Shown here: positions 30,951 through 40,989 of the stretch, piece by piece
Layout of the letters: the number at the start of each line of letters is the position of its first letter
Numbering within the stretch: position 1 is the first letter of the stretch
Origin: Clostridia bacterium
GTDB lineage: Bacteria > Bacillota > Clostridia > UBA1212 > UBA1255
Assembly (NCBI GenBank): GCA_046952735.1
Contig: JBKUJR010000006.1
Coordinates: 12,977 to 76,976 of the forward strand
Length of the DNA stretch: 64,000 bases
Direction: 5' to 3'
The notes under the pieces: generated by a model
Databases searched by the model: none
Told to the model about the DNA's origin: nothing
The model's input: only the letters and a program-made list of their open reading frames with translations
Made by a program: the position numbers and the translations under genes

Positions 30951-33027
30951 TGAACTGCACGATTTGGCAAAAACACTGGAAAACAAGGGAATCTCACCAA
31001 AAGAGTGGCATAGGGAATATAAAGCAATTCCGAAGGTTACAGAAAAATCTCCTTGTATTAGAATCTGGCTTGACTGCGATGGCGCAATTTGCGGGCTGGA
31101 GGGCCTGTCCGCGGAGCAGGCAAGCCAATTACGAAAATACGGGAACAACCAGAATAGTTTTCCAGCATTCAATATTAGCCCGCTATACCGGCTGACTGAT
31201 TTGGACAGTATTGATGAACTTAAAAGAATCGAAAACGGACAAGGCAAACCTGATATAGAAACAATTAAGTCATGGTGCAAAGAAAACAACTGGATTAAAG
31301 GAGCTCCGAAGCAAATACAAAGAAATTTAGAGGATTGTCCTCAAAGACTTTTGGAAACAATCGGGACACAGGCGCAAATGAACGATACTATTATTTTAGA
31401 ATTAGTTTCATTGTGCAAAAAACTCTGTGAAAATATTGACGGCGGATTTCGAGCCTCCCTTGAAAATTGTATTTTTACAAAATTGCAAAAAGGAGAAGAT
31501 GTGAAACTTGCCCTTGCCTTGCTGTTTCATAAAGGCTCCGCCGAGAAGGAACACAGCAAGGATGCGGGAAACAAATTATCTGTTATTCTGGATGTATGGG
31601 AGTGGAGTCGGTATGAATATCCCGTAGCCAATGAATACACTACGCTTCAACTCAATGAAATGTTGTTGGCAAATAGCGCCAATGTAGAGATACTGGCGGA
31701 TAACACCCAGTTGGACGCTTTTGGCTCTCCTTTTGTGAATCCAAACGAACCGATGCCTAGTGTAAAACTCAGTGGATTTGAAGTTACTCTGCGTTCCATG
31801 TTTAACGGCCAGCCGTGTCAGTACCGTTATGGCCAGATTGACGACGGATCCTATCCGATAACGGCAGAAAACCGTTCGTCGATTAAGAAATCGCTGGAGT
31901 GGATAACGCATCCATCGCGCAGACATGTAACCTGGGAGAAGGTTGATAAAAACGAGGTGGCGTTCGTATATCCCTCCAGATTACCTGAGGTGTTCCCGCA
32001 TTTTGCATCTGTTTTTAAGAATGATCCGAGTAAAAGCCCCAAAAGAACAGAGGCCCGGTTTGAAAATGTCGCTAAAGAGTTTGCTAAATCCTTTCGCGGG
32101 CTCCCTGTCGACCAAAAGCCGGATAACCTGCAGATATTTACAATCCGAAAGTTGGATAAGGCGCGTTCAAAGATCCTCTTCACACATAATACAACGCCAG
32201 AACAACTCATCCAAGCGGCAGACGATTGGTCGCTTGGGTGCCATAATATTCCCGAACTGGAGATGGACGAGGGAAACTCCCCGTTTCCTCTTGAGGTAGG
32301 GTCTATTGTAAATGGTGTTTGGAAACAAAACGGCGAACGGGCGGATGGAAAAACATCCGTCAAATGCATGAAATATTATCAGGGTGTAGAGCTGCTTTTG
32401 AACATCCTGCCACAGGGCGCAGTATATAACTTTTTACATATTACACTTGAACATTCATCCGGTTTAATCAATTATCTAGGCAATTTGCTTCACAGAGGCA
32501 GAAAAGACGGGAGCAGCACCGAGATAAAACGCTTAGAAATCCAAAAAAATGCGGCAGCTCAAATTCTTTCGGTTCTTGGACTGCTACTCTATAAAAGCGA
32601 CATAAGAAAGGAGAAGTATATGGAAGGCCTGGCTTATCTGATCGGTCAACTGTTGCATGTGTCCGATGAGCTCCATACGCTGTACTGCAAGATCAAAAGA
32701 AATGGAGATATCCCGCCGCAGCTGGCAGGCAGCGCTCTGTTTACGACTGCTGGCGATATGCCATTTCAGGCATTGTCACAGCTATCGACAAGACTGAATC
32801 CATACATATCATGGGCAAAACAGTATCAATTTAAAGATATCGAGAAACAAGGCGAGGAAAGCTGGCGTGCAAGATGGCTTTTAGGACTTTTGAGACAGCT
32901 ATCCAACGAAATCCATTTGCAAATGGACAAGTCTATTCGTTTTAACGACTACGACAAAGCCCAGCTTTTTATCGGTTATATGGCATCACTGCAGAAAGAA
33001 GGGCAGCTGCTCAAAACAAAATCGTAG
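30943..33027 (+). CDS. cas8c: Cas8c-like large subunit (assigned by position; 694 aa)
   Basis: Start overlaps the cas5 stop (ATGATTAA). Sits between cas5 and cas7 as Cas8c does in type I-C. No sequence motif that I can verify from memory. Confidence 0.5.
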   Translation: MINELHDLAKTLENKGISPKEWHREYKAIPKVTEKSPCIRIWLDCDGAICGLEGLSAEQASQLRKYGNNQNSFPAFNISPLYRLTDLDSIDELKRIENGQGKPDIETIKSWCKENNWIKGAPKQIQRNLEDCPQRLLETIGTQAQMNDTIILELVSLCKKLCENIDGGFRASLENCIFTKLQKGEDVKLALALLFHKGSAEKEHSKDAGNKLSVILDVWEWSRYEYPVANEYTTLQLNEMLLANSANVEILADNTQLDAFGSPFVNPNEPMPSVKLSGFEVTLRSMFNGQPCQYRYGQIDDGSYPITAENRSSIKKSLEWITHPSRRHVTWEKVDKNEVAFVYPSRLPEVFPHFASVFKNDPSKSPKRTEARFENVAKEFAKSFRGLPVDQKPDNLQIFTIRKLDKARSKILFTHNTTPEQLIQAADDWSLGCHNIPELEMDEGNSPFPLEVGSIVNGVWKQNGERADGKTSVKCMKYYQGVELLLNILPQGAVYNFLHITLEHSSGLINYLGNLLHRGRKDGSSTEIKRLEIQKNAAAQILSVLGLLLYKSDIRKEKYMEGLAYLIGQLLHVSDELHTLYCKIKRNGDIPPQLAGSALFTTAGDMPFQALSQLSTRLNPYISWAKQYQFKDIEKQGEESWRARWLLGLLRQLSNEIHLQMDKSIRFNDYDKAQLFIGYMASLQKEGQLLKTKS

Positions 33028-33033
33028 GAGGTA

Positions 33034-33924
33034 ATGAAAATGAGTAACGAAATCAAGCGAGCAACCGGTCTTTTGGTTGTTGAAGTAGTCAATTCAAATG
33101 CCAACGGAGATCCGGACAGAGAATCTGATCCGCGTCAGAGACCCAATGGAATTGGTGAAATATCACCGGTATCCTTCAAGCGGAAACTTCGTGATTTGCT
33201 GGAGGATCACGATAGCCTTTTCTTCAAAAGCCTGCCTAAAACCTATATCGAAAGCGCGGACAATTACTGGATTTTGGAGTCACGCGGCCGCGATAGGAAA
33301 TCCATTCAAAAGGAAATGGGAAAAGATATCAAGTCTTTCGATCAAAAAGAATTTTTAGAAAGCACATTTGTCAAGAAATACTGGGACGCTAGAGTCTTTG
33401 GCAATACATTTCTCGAAGAAGGCGCGAACAAGGGCTTCATTAAGACTGGCGTTGTCCAATTCGGCGTAGGCACTTCTATCTCTCCTGTTGAGATCATACG
33501 GCATACGAATACGAATAAGGCAGGCGTTCAGGAGGGAAAAAATGCGGGGATGGCTCCACTGGCATTTCGAATTGTTGCACATGGTGTCTACTGCATTCCA
33601 TTTTTTGTAAATCCAAACTTCGCCGGAAATACTGGTTGCACAGCAGAAGACATCGAATTGCTGAAAATTCTAATCCCCAGAGCATATGAACTGAATCGTT
33701 CTGCAATTCGCTCTGATATTCGTATTCGGCATGCTTGGTATATTGAGCACCGCAATGCGCTGGGAAGCTGCCCGGATTATATGCTTTTTGAGGCGTTGAC
33801 TCCTACACGTAAAGAACAGTCTGGCGATCCTTCTATAAGCTGGGCGGATTATGACGACAAAACCGCTTTGCCGGATAATCTGATCGACAAAGTTGCTTCA
33901 GTCGTTGATTTAATGCAGATATGA
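33034..33924 (+). CDS. cas7: Cas7 (Csd2/DevR family, type I-C/I-B-like)
   Basis: TGLLVVEVVNSNANGDPDRESDPRQRP matches sGLL.ieV.naNPNGDPD..N.PR. YWDARVFGNTF...GVVQFGVGTSISPVEI matches DVRlFGaVm...GPvQl..a.SidPi. Confidence 0.75.
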   Translation: MKMSNEIKRATGLLVVEVVNSNANGDPDRESDPRQRPNGIGEISPVSFKRKLRDLLEDHDSLFFKSLPKTYIESADNYWILESRGRDRKSIQKEMGKDIKSFDQKEFLESTFVKKYWDARVFGNTFLEEGANKGFIKTGVVQFGVGTSISPVEIIRHTNTNKAGVQEGKNAGMAPLAFRIVAHGVYCIPFFVNPNFAGNTGCTAEDIELLKILIPRAYELNRSAIRSDIRIRHAWYIEHRNALGSCPDYMLFEALTPTRKEQSGDPSISWADYDDKTALPDNLIDKVASVVDLMQI

Positions 33925-36113
33925 CTTATTTAGCACATAGCTCAAAAGATGGAATTGAAGCCCAAACTTATGCTGATCATGTACGCGGCGTAAGGTCTTT
34001 AGCGAGTCAATATGCATTGGAAACAGGGCATTATTCCAAGTATGATCGGGTAGTTTTGCAACAGGTAACAGAAGAAGCTGCGGAGTATCATGACATTGGT
34101 AAGCTGAATTTGGAAAATCAGAAGGTGCTTTCCGGTGAAGTAACCGCTAAGGTTTTGCCGGTAAATCATGTGGATGCCGGTGCTGCCTATTGGCTGAAAG
34201 ACCAGCGCTCTTCAGTTATCCCCGCTATATTAACACAGGCTCATCATGTTGGATTTCCTGACTTTTCAGCAGAGATGAATAGAGAAGAACTTGCTTTTCG
34301 TGACGCACAGATTGCTGACCTTGTGGATCAGGAGCTTAAAGAACTGGAGGCAATCCACAACAGCCTCATTGGACAGCGATCCCGTACAGCAATGGGGGAA
34401 GGCGTTACGGGAGACTGCAGTGTATTCCTGCGAATGGCTCTGTCATGTATTGCTGACGCTGATCATACTGATACGGCAAGACATTACAGAAAATATCCGC
34501 AAATGGATGAACATATTCCTTTGAAAGCTGGAGAACGACTCGCTAGGCTGGATGAATGCGTGACTGATTTACAACGTAACAATGCTGCTACCGAGAGAAA
34601 TGCGTTGCGAAGCGAGATGTATCAGTCTTGCCGGAATGCTGACATAAAATCTAATATTAGTTCCTGCGACAGTCCCGTGGGATCAGGAAAAACAACCGCA
34701 GTAATGGCGCATTTGCTTGCACAGGCACAAAAGCGAGGCTTACGGCGAATTTTTGTCGTGCTGCCATTTACGAACATTATCCGGCAGTCGGTAAAGACCT
34801 ATCGGACGATGTTAACCCTGCCGGGGGAGAATCCGGAGGAAGTGGTAGCTGAGCTGCATCATCGAGCCGATTTTGAAAACGAGGATGTTCGTTATCTCAC
34901 ATCGCTTTGGCGTGCACCTATTATCGTTACCACTGCTGTTGCCTTTTTTGAAACGCTTGCTTCAAATTCTACTGGTACTCTGCGACGGCTGCATGAACTG
35001 CCTGGAAGCGCAATTTTTGTCGATGAATCACACGCTGCACTGCCAGTTAATCTTTTGCCCGTCGCATGGAAGTGGATGAGGATCCTGTCCGACGAATGGT
35101 CCTGCTACTGGATTCTGGCATCAGGATCCATCAGCCGGTTCTGGACAATTCGGGAGATTGCAGGAAACAATGCTCCTCCCGACATTTCTGAAATTGTAGA
35201 CCCTACTGTGCGCAGTAAACTATCATCTTATGAGCATCACAGAATCACGTACCGATACAATCTTTCACCACAATTTACGGAAGGGCTTGCTGAATGGATC
35301 GCCTCTTTTTCCGGACCGCGGCTTGTCATTTTAAATACGGTTCAGAGTGCAGCTGTTTTAGCTGATCATTTTGCTCAAAAGTATGGAAGGGAAAAGGTGG
35401 AGCACCTGTCGACTTCCCTTACTCCGATTGACAGAGAGTCCACACTAGATTGGGTGAAATTCAGACTGGCTGATCCGAAGGATACGGATTGGACGTTGGT
35501 CGCTACTTCCTGTATGGAAGCAGGCGTTGATTTTTCCTTCAGGATCGGATTTCGTGAACTTTGCTCGTTGTCCTCTTTGCTGCAGGCGGGAGGAAGAATC
35601 AACCGAGAAGGCAGCAATAACAAGGCCGAAATATGGACGTTCTGCATTGCAGAAGATGGCATGTTGAAACGGAATCCCGCTCTAAAACAGGCCGGTATAG
35701 TCCTTAAAGACTATTTGGAAAAGAACATACCCATCTCGCCTCAGCTAACGACAGAATCTATTAGAAAAGAAATAGCACTCTATGGATTGAACCCTATGCA
35801 CCAAAAACTTATGGAATTTGAGGATTTGCAGAACTTCCCACAGGTAGAGTGCAATTTTAAGGTTATCAACTCTGATACCAGACTGGCCGTTGTCGATACC
35901 GATATTGTCAAGCGGTTGCAAGCTGGTAAAGTCAATTGGCGTGAACTACAAAAAGTTTCTATCCAAATTGCGAAATACAAACTTGACGAGTTGAAAATAC
36001 CAAATATCGTGGATGAGATATATCATTGGAATTTGGAATACGACCACTTTCTCGGATATATGGCTGGAATTGTAAAGCTAAAAAAACTCAGTGGGCAGGT
36101 ACTGATTATTTAG
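33921..36113 (+). CDS. cas3: Cas3 (HD nuclease + SF2 helicase)
   Basis: N-terminal HD domain (AHS...YADHV, YHDIGK, DADHTDTA). Helicase motif I SPVGSGKTTA, motif II VDESHA (DExH), motif VI QAGGRINREG. ATG overlaps the cas7 stop (ATGA). Confidence 0.85.
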   Translation: MTYLAHSSKDGIEAQTYADHVRGVRSLASQYALETGHYSKYDRVVLQQVTEEAAEYHDIGKLNLENQKVLSGEVTAKVLPVNHVDAGAAYWLKDQRSSVIPAILTQAHHVGFPDFSAEMNREELAFRDAQIADLVDQELKELEAIHNSLIGQRSRTAMGEGVTGDCSVFLRMALSCIADADHTDTARHYRKYPQMDEHIPLKAGERLARLDECVTDLQRNNAATERNALRSEMYQSCRNADIKSNISSCDSPVGSGKTTAVMAHLLAQAQKRGLRRIFVVLPFTNIIRQSVKTYRTMLTLPGENPEEVVAELHHRADFENEDVRYLTSLWRAPIIVTTAVAFFETLASNSTGTLRRLHELPGSAIFVDESHAALPVNLLPVAWKWMRILSDEWSCYWILASGSISRFWTIREIAGNNAPPDISEIVDPTVRSKLSSYEHHRITYRYNLSPQFTEGLAEWIASFSGPRLVILNTVQSAAVLADHFAQKYGREKVEHLSTSLTPIDRESTLDWVKFRLADPKDTDWTLVATSCMEAGVDFSFRIGFRELCSLSSLLQAGGRINREGSNNKAEIWTFCIAEDGMLKRNPALKQAGIVLKDYLEKNIPISPQLTTESIRKEIALYGLNPMHQKLMEFEDLQNFPQVECNFKVINSDTRLAVVDTDIVKRLQAGKVNWRELQKVSIQIAKYKLDELKIPNIVDEIYHWNLEYDHFLGYMAGIVKLKKLSGQVLII

Positions 36114-36188
36114 AGTACGTTTTGGACAGCATTAAGAAAATTTTGATCACTATTTCTCTAAAATGAATTAGCGCCTTTTTCACAACTT

Positions 36189-36470
36189 TTGCAGAGCAGG
36201 TATTACATTTGTCAAAACACCCCAGTCGTGAGGGGGCTATGCGCCGGACGGTATCTATTTTGTCAACGCTTCCTGGAAGATTTTGCTTTGCTGGTTCCAG
36301 CGATGGTAAATGGAGCGTTTGCATGTGAACTATTTCTTAAATCATTATTAAACGTCTCTCTTAGAGGACATAGACTTTATAGTGATTTATTTTGCAAATT
36401 AGAATTGTCTACTGCACAAGAGATTGAAACAGTTGTCATCGAGAGCTTCAAAAGAAAAAAGCATGTTTAG
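36189..36470 (+). CDS. hypothetical small protein (93 aa) downstream of cas3
   Basis: ORF only, between the cas3 stop and the terminator hairpin. Uncertain. Confidence 0.2.
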   Translation: MQSRYYICQNTPVVRGLCAGRYLFCQRFLEDFALLVPAMVNGAFACELFLKSLLNVSLRGHRLYSDLFCKLELSTAQEIETVVIESFKRKKHV

Positions 36471-36507
36471 CGTTTGGCTTCTTTTTTGTAACAGGAACAC
36501 AGTGTAG

Positions 36508-36553
36508 AAACCTGTCGAAAAAGCTGTAATTGCTTTATCGGCAGGTTTTTGTT
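36508..36553 (+). terminator. rho-independent terminator downstream of the cas operon
   Basis: AAACCTGTCGA ... TCGGCAGGTTT stem (1 mismatch) followed by TTTTTGTTG. Confidence 0.45.
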
Positions 36554-36605
36554 GTAATATGATGCAAACGAACAATATTTATATTTGGTAAGGGAAGATT
36601 CGTTA

Positions 36606-36893
36606 TGAGAAAATGGTGTACAGAGGATTGGGAATTTGAGCTAACTGCTACAGATGGGAAAGCCGGACATTGTAGGCTTGGTTTAGAAAAAGGCGATAAG
36701 GATGATACAAGTATATACATGGTGCGAAGTCATTCGATGCGGCGGCGATTTTACATACAGGGGCAACAAAGAAAAATATGAAATGGACATACCATGTGCT
36801 GACCACTGTATTCGTTTTCATCTTAAAGCATATCCCATAAATCGGGATGAAAATGGAATCCCCCTTCCTAACAGGGAAAGGCCGAAAGATTAG
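36606..36893 (+). pseudogene. small Cys-rich protein gene (TIGR04076-like?), frameshifted
   Basis: MRKWCTEDWEFELTATDGKAGHCRLGLEKGD... continues in the +1 frame as ...CEVIRCGGDFTYRGNKEKYEMDIPCADHCIRFHLKAY. The family assignment is from memory only. Confidence 0.3.
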
Positions 36894-37736
36894 AACGAAA
36901 TGCGGAATGGATTCAATATTTTGAGCATGAATATAACGATTTAAGAGATAAAACAAGGCTTTAAATCAAGATATGAAAATATCATGGGTGTATTATTTGA
37001 ATTTTTGGTAAATGCTTAAATGAGCAATCTCCGTTTATACTGTTGTTGATTTGTTACTGGCACGAACACAATACTTCCTATTATGAGCATACTCTTCACC
37101 TGTGAGAGTTCAAGCCCCCTTACATTATCAAAAGAAGTCGATTGCTGTAAAGCGGCCGACTTCTTTCGGTTTATGTGGTAAAGTTACGGATAGCACTGTA
37201 GATGAAAAGATGGAGGAACGAACTTGCTTGGAAAATCAAATTGCCATACTATTTTGTTTTAAATAGATTGGAATATAAAAATGTTATTCTTCTGATATCG
37301 ATGATTTGAGGAGATGCGATATTTCCTAGATATTTTACAGCTGCTGCGTCAAATGAGAGAACGTCCGCATAACGGATGGACTGATTTTGAATTACAGCAA
37401 AAGTTCAATGATAAAAACATTGAGCAGCCTTTGTTTATAAAATAAATACAGCTTTTGATATGGCAATATATACCCTTGTATCCCTCTAAGTTTTCAGATC
37501 CGTCCACGGTTGGGGTTTTGGATAAATTTTCCTTGTCCTCATCAATATGGCTGTTCATTTGATATTACTCCGAAAGCATTTATGATTTTTTCCGGCATTT
37601 CAAAGTTTGGGATAGTTGCCGGCTCTTTCAAGCTTAGATTCGGCTGCCCGGCAGACTTATTTCCTATTCCATGAATGTCTATGTTGAAGAAAGCATTTTA
37701 AATGTGCTACAATGCCTCAGATAGAGGTGATCGATT

Positions 37737-38615
37737 ATGGAATTTCGGGTGCTCAACTACTTTCTTATGGTAGCCAGAGAAGAAAATATTACAAAGGCGG
37801 CACAGCTTCTACATGTAACGCAGCCGACACTTTCCCGTCAGCTGATGCAACTTGAAGAAGAACTGGGTGTAAAACTGTTTGACCGCAGCAGCCATAGTAT
37901 TATCCTGACAAGCGAAGGAATGCTTTTAAAACGACGGGCACAGGAAATGCTCTCTCTTGCGGAAAAGACGCGGTCGGAATTAACACAAAAAGAAGAAAAT
38001 TTAACAGGCTTGATTTCCATCGGCTGCGGCGAGCTGCAAAGTATGAACGAGCTATCGGGATGGATCTCCGGTTTTCAGCGTCAGCATCCCCTTGTTACCT
38101 TTGATATTTATAGCGGAACTGCGGACAGTATCAAACGTCGCATGGAAAATGGGACAATCGATTTGGGTTTGCTTTTAGAGCCGGTGGATACTGCAAGGTA
38201 TGAATTTATCCGTATGCATACGAAAGAGCAATGGTGTGCTATCGTACGGGAGGACTGTGCGCTCGCGGAAAAAAGCAGTGTTACACCAGAAGATATCGTT
38301 CCGTTTCCTATTCTTCTCCCTGTCAGAAATCCCGTTCAAAATGAATTGTCCAGTTGGTTTGGCGGCTTGGCAAAGCAGCTCAATATCGTTTCTACTTTCA
38401 ATTTACTTTATAACAGCGCGGTACTGGTGCAAAATGATGTTGGCATAGCATTGTGTCTGAAGCTGAATTGCCATTATGATCACCTTAAATCCATCCCGCT
38501 TCATCCGACTCTTGAACTTGGCTCCGTACTTGCATGGAAAGAAAGGCAGGTGTTCTCAGCAGCTACCGCTGCTTTCATCGAGTATATAAAGAAATGCTCA
38601 AAAGGTATAAACTGA
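37737..38615 (+). CDS. LysR-family transcriptional regulator
   Basis: N-terminal LysR HTH (FRVLNYFLMVAREENITKAAQLLHVTQPTLSRQLMQLEEELGVKLFDR) with a LysR substrate-binding domain. Confidence 0.85.
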   Translation: MEFRVLNYFLMVAREENITKAAQLLHVTQPTLSRQLMQLEEELGVKLFDRSSHSIILTSEGMLLKRRAQEMLSLAEKTRSELTQKEENLTGLISIGCGELQSMNELSGWISGFQRQHPLVTFDIYSGTADSIKRRMENGTIDLGLLLEPVDTARYEFIRMHTKEQWCAIVREDCALAEKSSVTPEDIVPFPILLPVRNPVQNELSSWFGGLAKQLNIVSTFNLLYNSAVLVQNDVGIALCLKLNCHYDHLKSIPLHPTLELGSVLAWKERQVFSAATAAFIEYIKKCSKGIN

Positions 38616-38721
38616 AATAGAAAACAGGCGTTAGATTTTTTTTACAACCGGATTTATAATAAAGATATTCCCAGAGGAGCTTCTTTATTTTTTACATTTT
38701 TACTGCAAAGAGGGGAACGTA

Positions 38722-39096
38722 ATGACGAAGAAAGAGGTCAGCGAACGATACCGGATACCGATTGGCATTTTGGATGAATATCACAGCCTCGGACTTTGCG
38801 ATGCTGTACGTATGGCAATGGATGACTGGCAATATGACGATCGGGATTTGGAACGGCTGAGCATGATAATGGCGCTCCACGATATGGAATTCTCAAAAGA
38901 TGAAGTAGAATCCTATATGAGGATGCTGATCAAAGGACCTGCCACCGAAAAAGAACGAATGAAGATGCTGGATGAGCATCGCAAGAAGGCGCTGGAGGAA
39001 ATCCACCTGAAAGAACGCCAGCTGGAACGGATGGATTATCTGCGGCATGAGATCCGTAAGAGTCAGAAAAATCGAGAAATAGGAGGCATACAATAA
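38722..39096 (+). CDS. MerR-family transcriptional regulator
   Basis: MerR HTH (KKEVSERYRIPIGILDEYHSLGL) followed by a coiled-coil. Confidence 0.7.
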   Translation: MTKKEVSERYRIPIGILDEYHSLGLCDAVRMAMDDWQYDDRDLERLSMIMALHDMEFSKDEVESYMRMLIKGPATEKERMKMLDEHRKKALEEIHLKERQLERMDYLRHEIRKSQKNREIGGIQ

Positions 39097-39608
39097 TGGA
39101 ATTTTTTGAGGTGATCCGAAGCAGGTATTCCTGCAAAGAATTTGACGGCAGGCCGATCAGAAAAGAACAGCTGGACCTGATTTTAGAAGCCGGCAGGCTT
39201 GCGCCGACCGCAAAAAACCTGCAAGAACAGCATATTTATGTCGTGCAATCTAAAGAAGGCCTTTCCAAAATCGATCAGATAACGCCCTGCCGCTACAATT
39301 CCGCGACGGTGCTCGCGATCGCATTCGATCAAAATAATGTTTTTACCTATCCGGGCGGTAAAAGCAACTCTGGTGCGGAAGATACGGCTATTGTTACGAC
39401 ACATATGATGCTGGCGGCCACAGCTTTAGGGGTAGATAGCTGCTGGATCAATTTCTTCGATCCCGCGGATACGGCAAAGAAGCTTGGATTGCCGGAAAAT
39501 GAGAAAGTTCTGATGCTGCTGGATCTTGGATATGCAGCGGATGATGCAAAACCTCTCGCGCCGCACAGCCAACGGAAGGAACTCTCTGAAACGGTGTCCT
39601 ATATTTGA
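39096..39608 (+). CDS. nitroreductase family protein
   Basis: 170 aa with an N-terminal RRS..F motif (RSRYSCKEFDGRPI) and nitroreductase fold length. Confidence 0.8.
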   Translation: MEFFEVIRSRYSCKEFDGRPIRKEQLDLILEAGRLAPTAKNLQEQHIYVVQSKEGLSKIDQITPCRYNSATVLAIAFDQNNVFTYPGGKSNSGAEDTAIVTTHMMLAATALGVDSCWINFFDPADTAKKLGLPENEKVLMLLDLGYAADDAKPLAPHSQRKELSETVSYI

Positions 39609-39630
39609 TAAAAGAAAGGTTGGAAATCTA

Positions 39631-40113
39631 ATGAGTAAAATTTTAATCGCATATTTTTCTGCAAGCGGGGAAACCGAAAAGCTGGCACAGACGATTGCCC
39701 AAGTAACAGGCGGTGATCTGTATAAGATTCAGCCGGCACAGCCCTATACGTCGGCTGACTTAAACTGGAATGATGCAAACAGCCGTTCCAGTAAGGAGAT
39801 GAAAAACCCTGATTCCCGTCCGGCAATCGCCGATTCGGTCAGCAACATGGATGAATACGACACTGTATTTGTTGGTTTCCCGATTTGGTGGTATGTTGCG
39901 CCGACAATCATCGACACGTTCCTTGAAAGCTATGACTTTTCAGGAAAAACAGTCGTACCCTTTGCCACCTCCGGCGGAAGCGGTATGGGTAAAACGGACA
40001 GTATTTTAAAGAAGCGCTGTTCCTTACAAACAAATTGGCGTCAGGGCAAACGGCTCGGCAGCCATGAAAGCAAAGCCTCTGTTAAGGCTTGGATCGACAG
40101 CCTGCGGATATAA
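39631..40113 (+). CDS. flavodoxin family protein
   Basis: KILIAYFSASGETEKLA (FMN-binding loop), GFPIWWYVAP, and FATSGGSG motifs. Confidence 0.75.
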   Translation: MSKILIAYFSASGETEKLAQTIAQVTGGDLYKIQPAQPYTSADLNWNDANSRSSKEMKNPDSRPAIADSVSNMDEYDTVFVGFPIWWYVAPTIIDTFLESYDFSGKTVVPFATSGGSGMGKTDSILKKRCSLQTNWRQGKRLGSHESKASVKAWIDSLRI

Positions 40114-40135
40114 AAATGAAAGAAGGGCGTACGAG

Positions 40136-40825
40136 ATGAAAAAAGCGTTCCCGCTCTTTTTAGCGTTTGTTATATTATTCTCTTTTGCCGCCTGTGCAGG
40201 GAAAAATACTGTGCCGGCCGGAAGCGGTAAGCCGGAAAGCTCCCCGACTGACGATAAGGACAACAACCGGCCGGGACCATCCTCTCAGCCGGGTAATGCA
40301 GATGAACCTTCAGAACCTACAAAAGAAAGCAGTAAAGTATTAGTTGCTTATTTTTCCGTAACCGGCACGACTAAAACGCTTGCCGAGTACGCAGCAGCTG
40401 CATTGAACTGCGACTTATACGAGATCGTGCCGCAGGAGGCATATTCCGACGCCGATCTGGACTACAATGACAGAAACAGCCGTTCCACAAAGGAAATGAA
40501 CAATGAAGCCTCCCGACCGGCGATCAACGGCAGCGTGTCTGATATGGAGAATTATGACATCGTATTTATCGGCTACCCGATCTGGTGGGGCAAGGCTCCG
40601 CGGATCATCTGCACTTTTATGGAAAGCTATGATTTTTCTGGTAAGACGATCGTCCCGTTTTGCACATCAGGCGGAAGCGGGATAGGGTCCAGTGCAAGTA
40701 ATCTCCACGCTCTTGTTTCTGGCAGCGCCGCATGGCTTGACGGAGACAGACTGCGCGGCAGTTCCTCGCGCTCGGATATCGTCGCATGGATCAACAGCCT
40801 CGGCTTAGATATTACAGCGGGATAA
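40136..40825 (+). CDS. flavodoxin-like lipoprotein (secreted paralog of 39631-40113)
   Basis: Lipoprotein signal peptide MKKAFPLFLAFVILFSFAACAG. Same flavodoxin motifs (VLVAYFSVTGTTKTLA, GYPIWWGKAP, FCTSGGSG). Pro/Ser-rich linker. Confidence 0.7.
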   Translation: MKKAFPLFLAFVILFSFAACAGKNTVPAGSGKPESSPTDDKDNNRPGPSSQPGNADEPSEPTKESSKVLVAYFSVTGTTKTLAEYAAAALNCDLYEIVPQEAYSDADLDYNDRNSRSTKEMNNEASRPAINGSVSDMENYDIVFIGYPIWWGKAPRIICTFMESYDFSGKTIVPFCTSGGSGIGSSASNLHALVSGSAAWLDGDRLRGSSSRSDIVAWINSLGLDITAG

Positions 40826-40989
40826 CGCGGTTGGTTGCATACGGGCCGACGACTGCCGGCATCTGAAGAAATGCGATGTCTCCCATAAACCGGCAGTCGT
40901 CTTGACGCAGAATATCGCATCAGCGGCAAAACCACATCTGATCTGCAGGAGGTCAGAACAATCAAATAAAAGATTCGGAGGAATAAAAG

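Noticed and set aside
36114-37736. Looked for a CRISPR array or cas1/cas2/cas4 downstream of cas3.
   Set aside because: Only a terminator hairpin, a doubtful 93-aa ORF, and a frameshifted small Cys-rich ORF. No periodic repeats.
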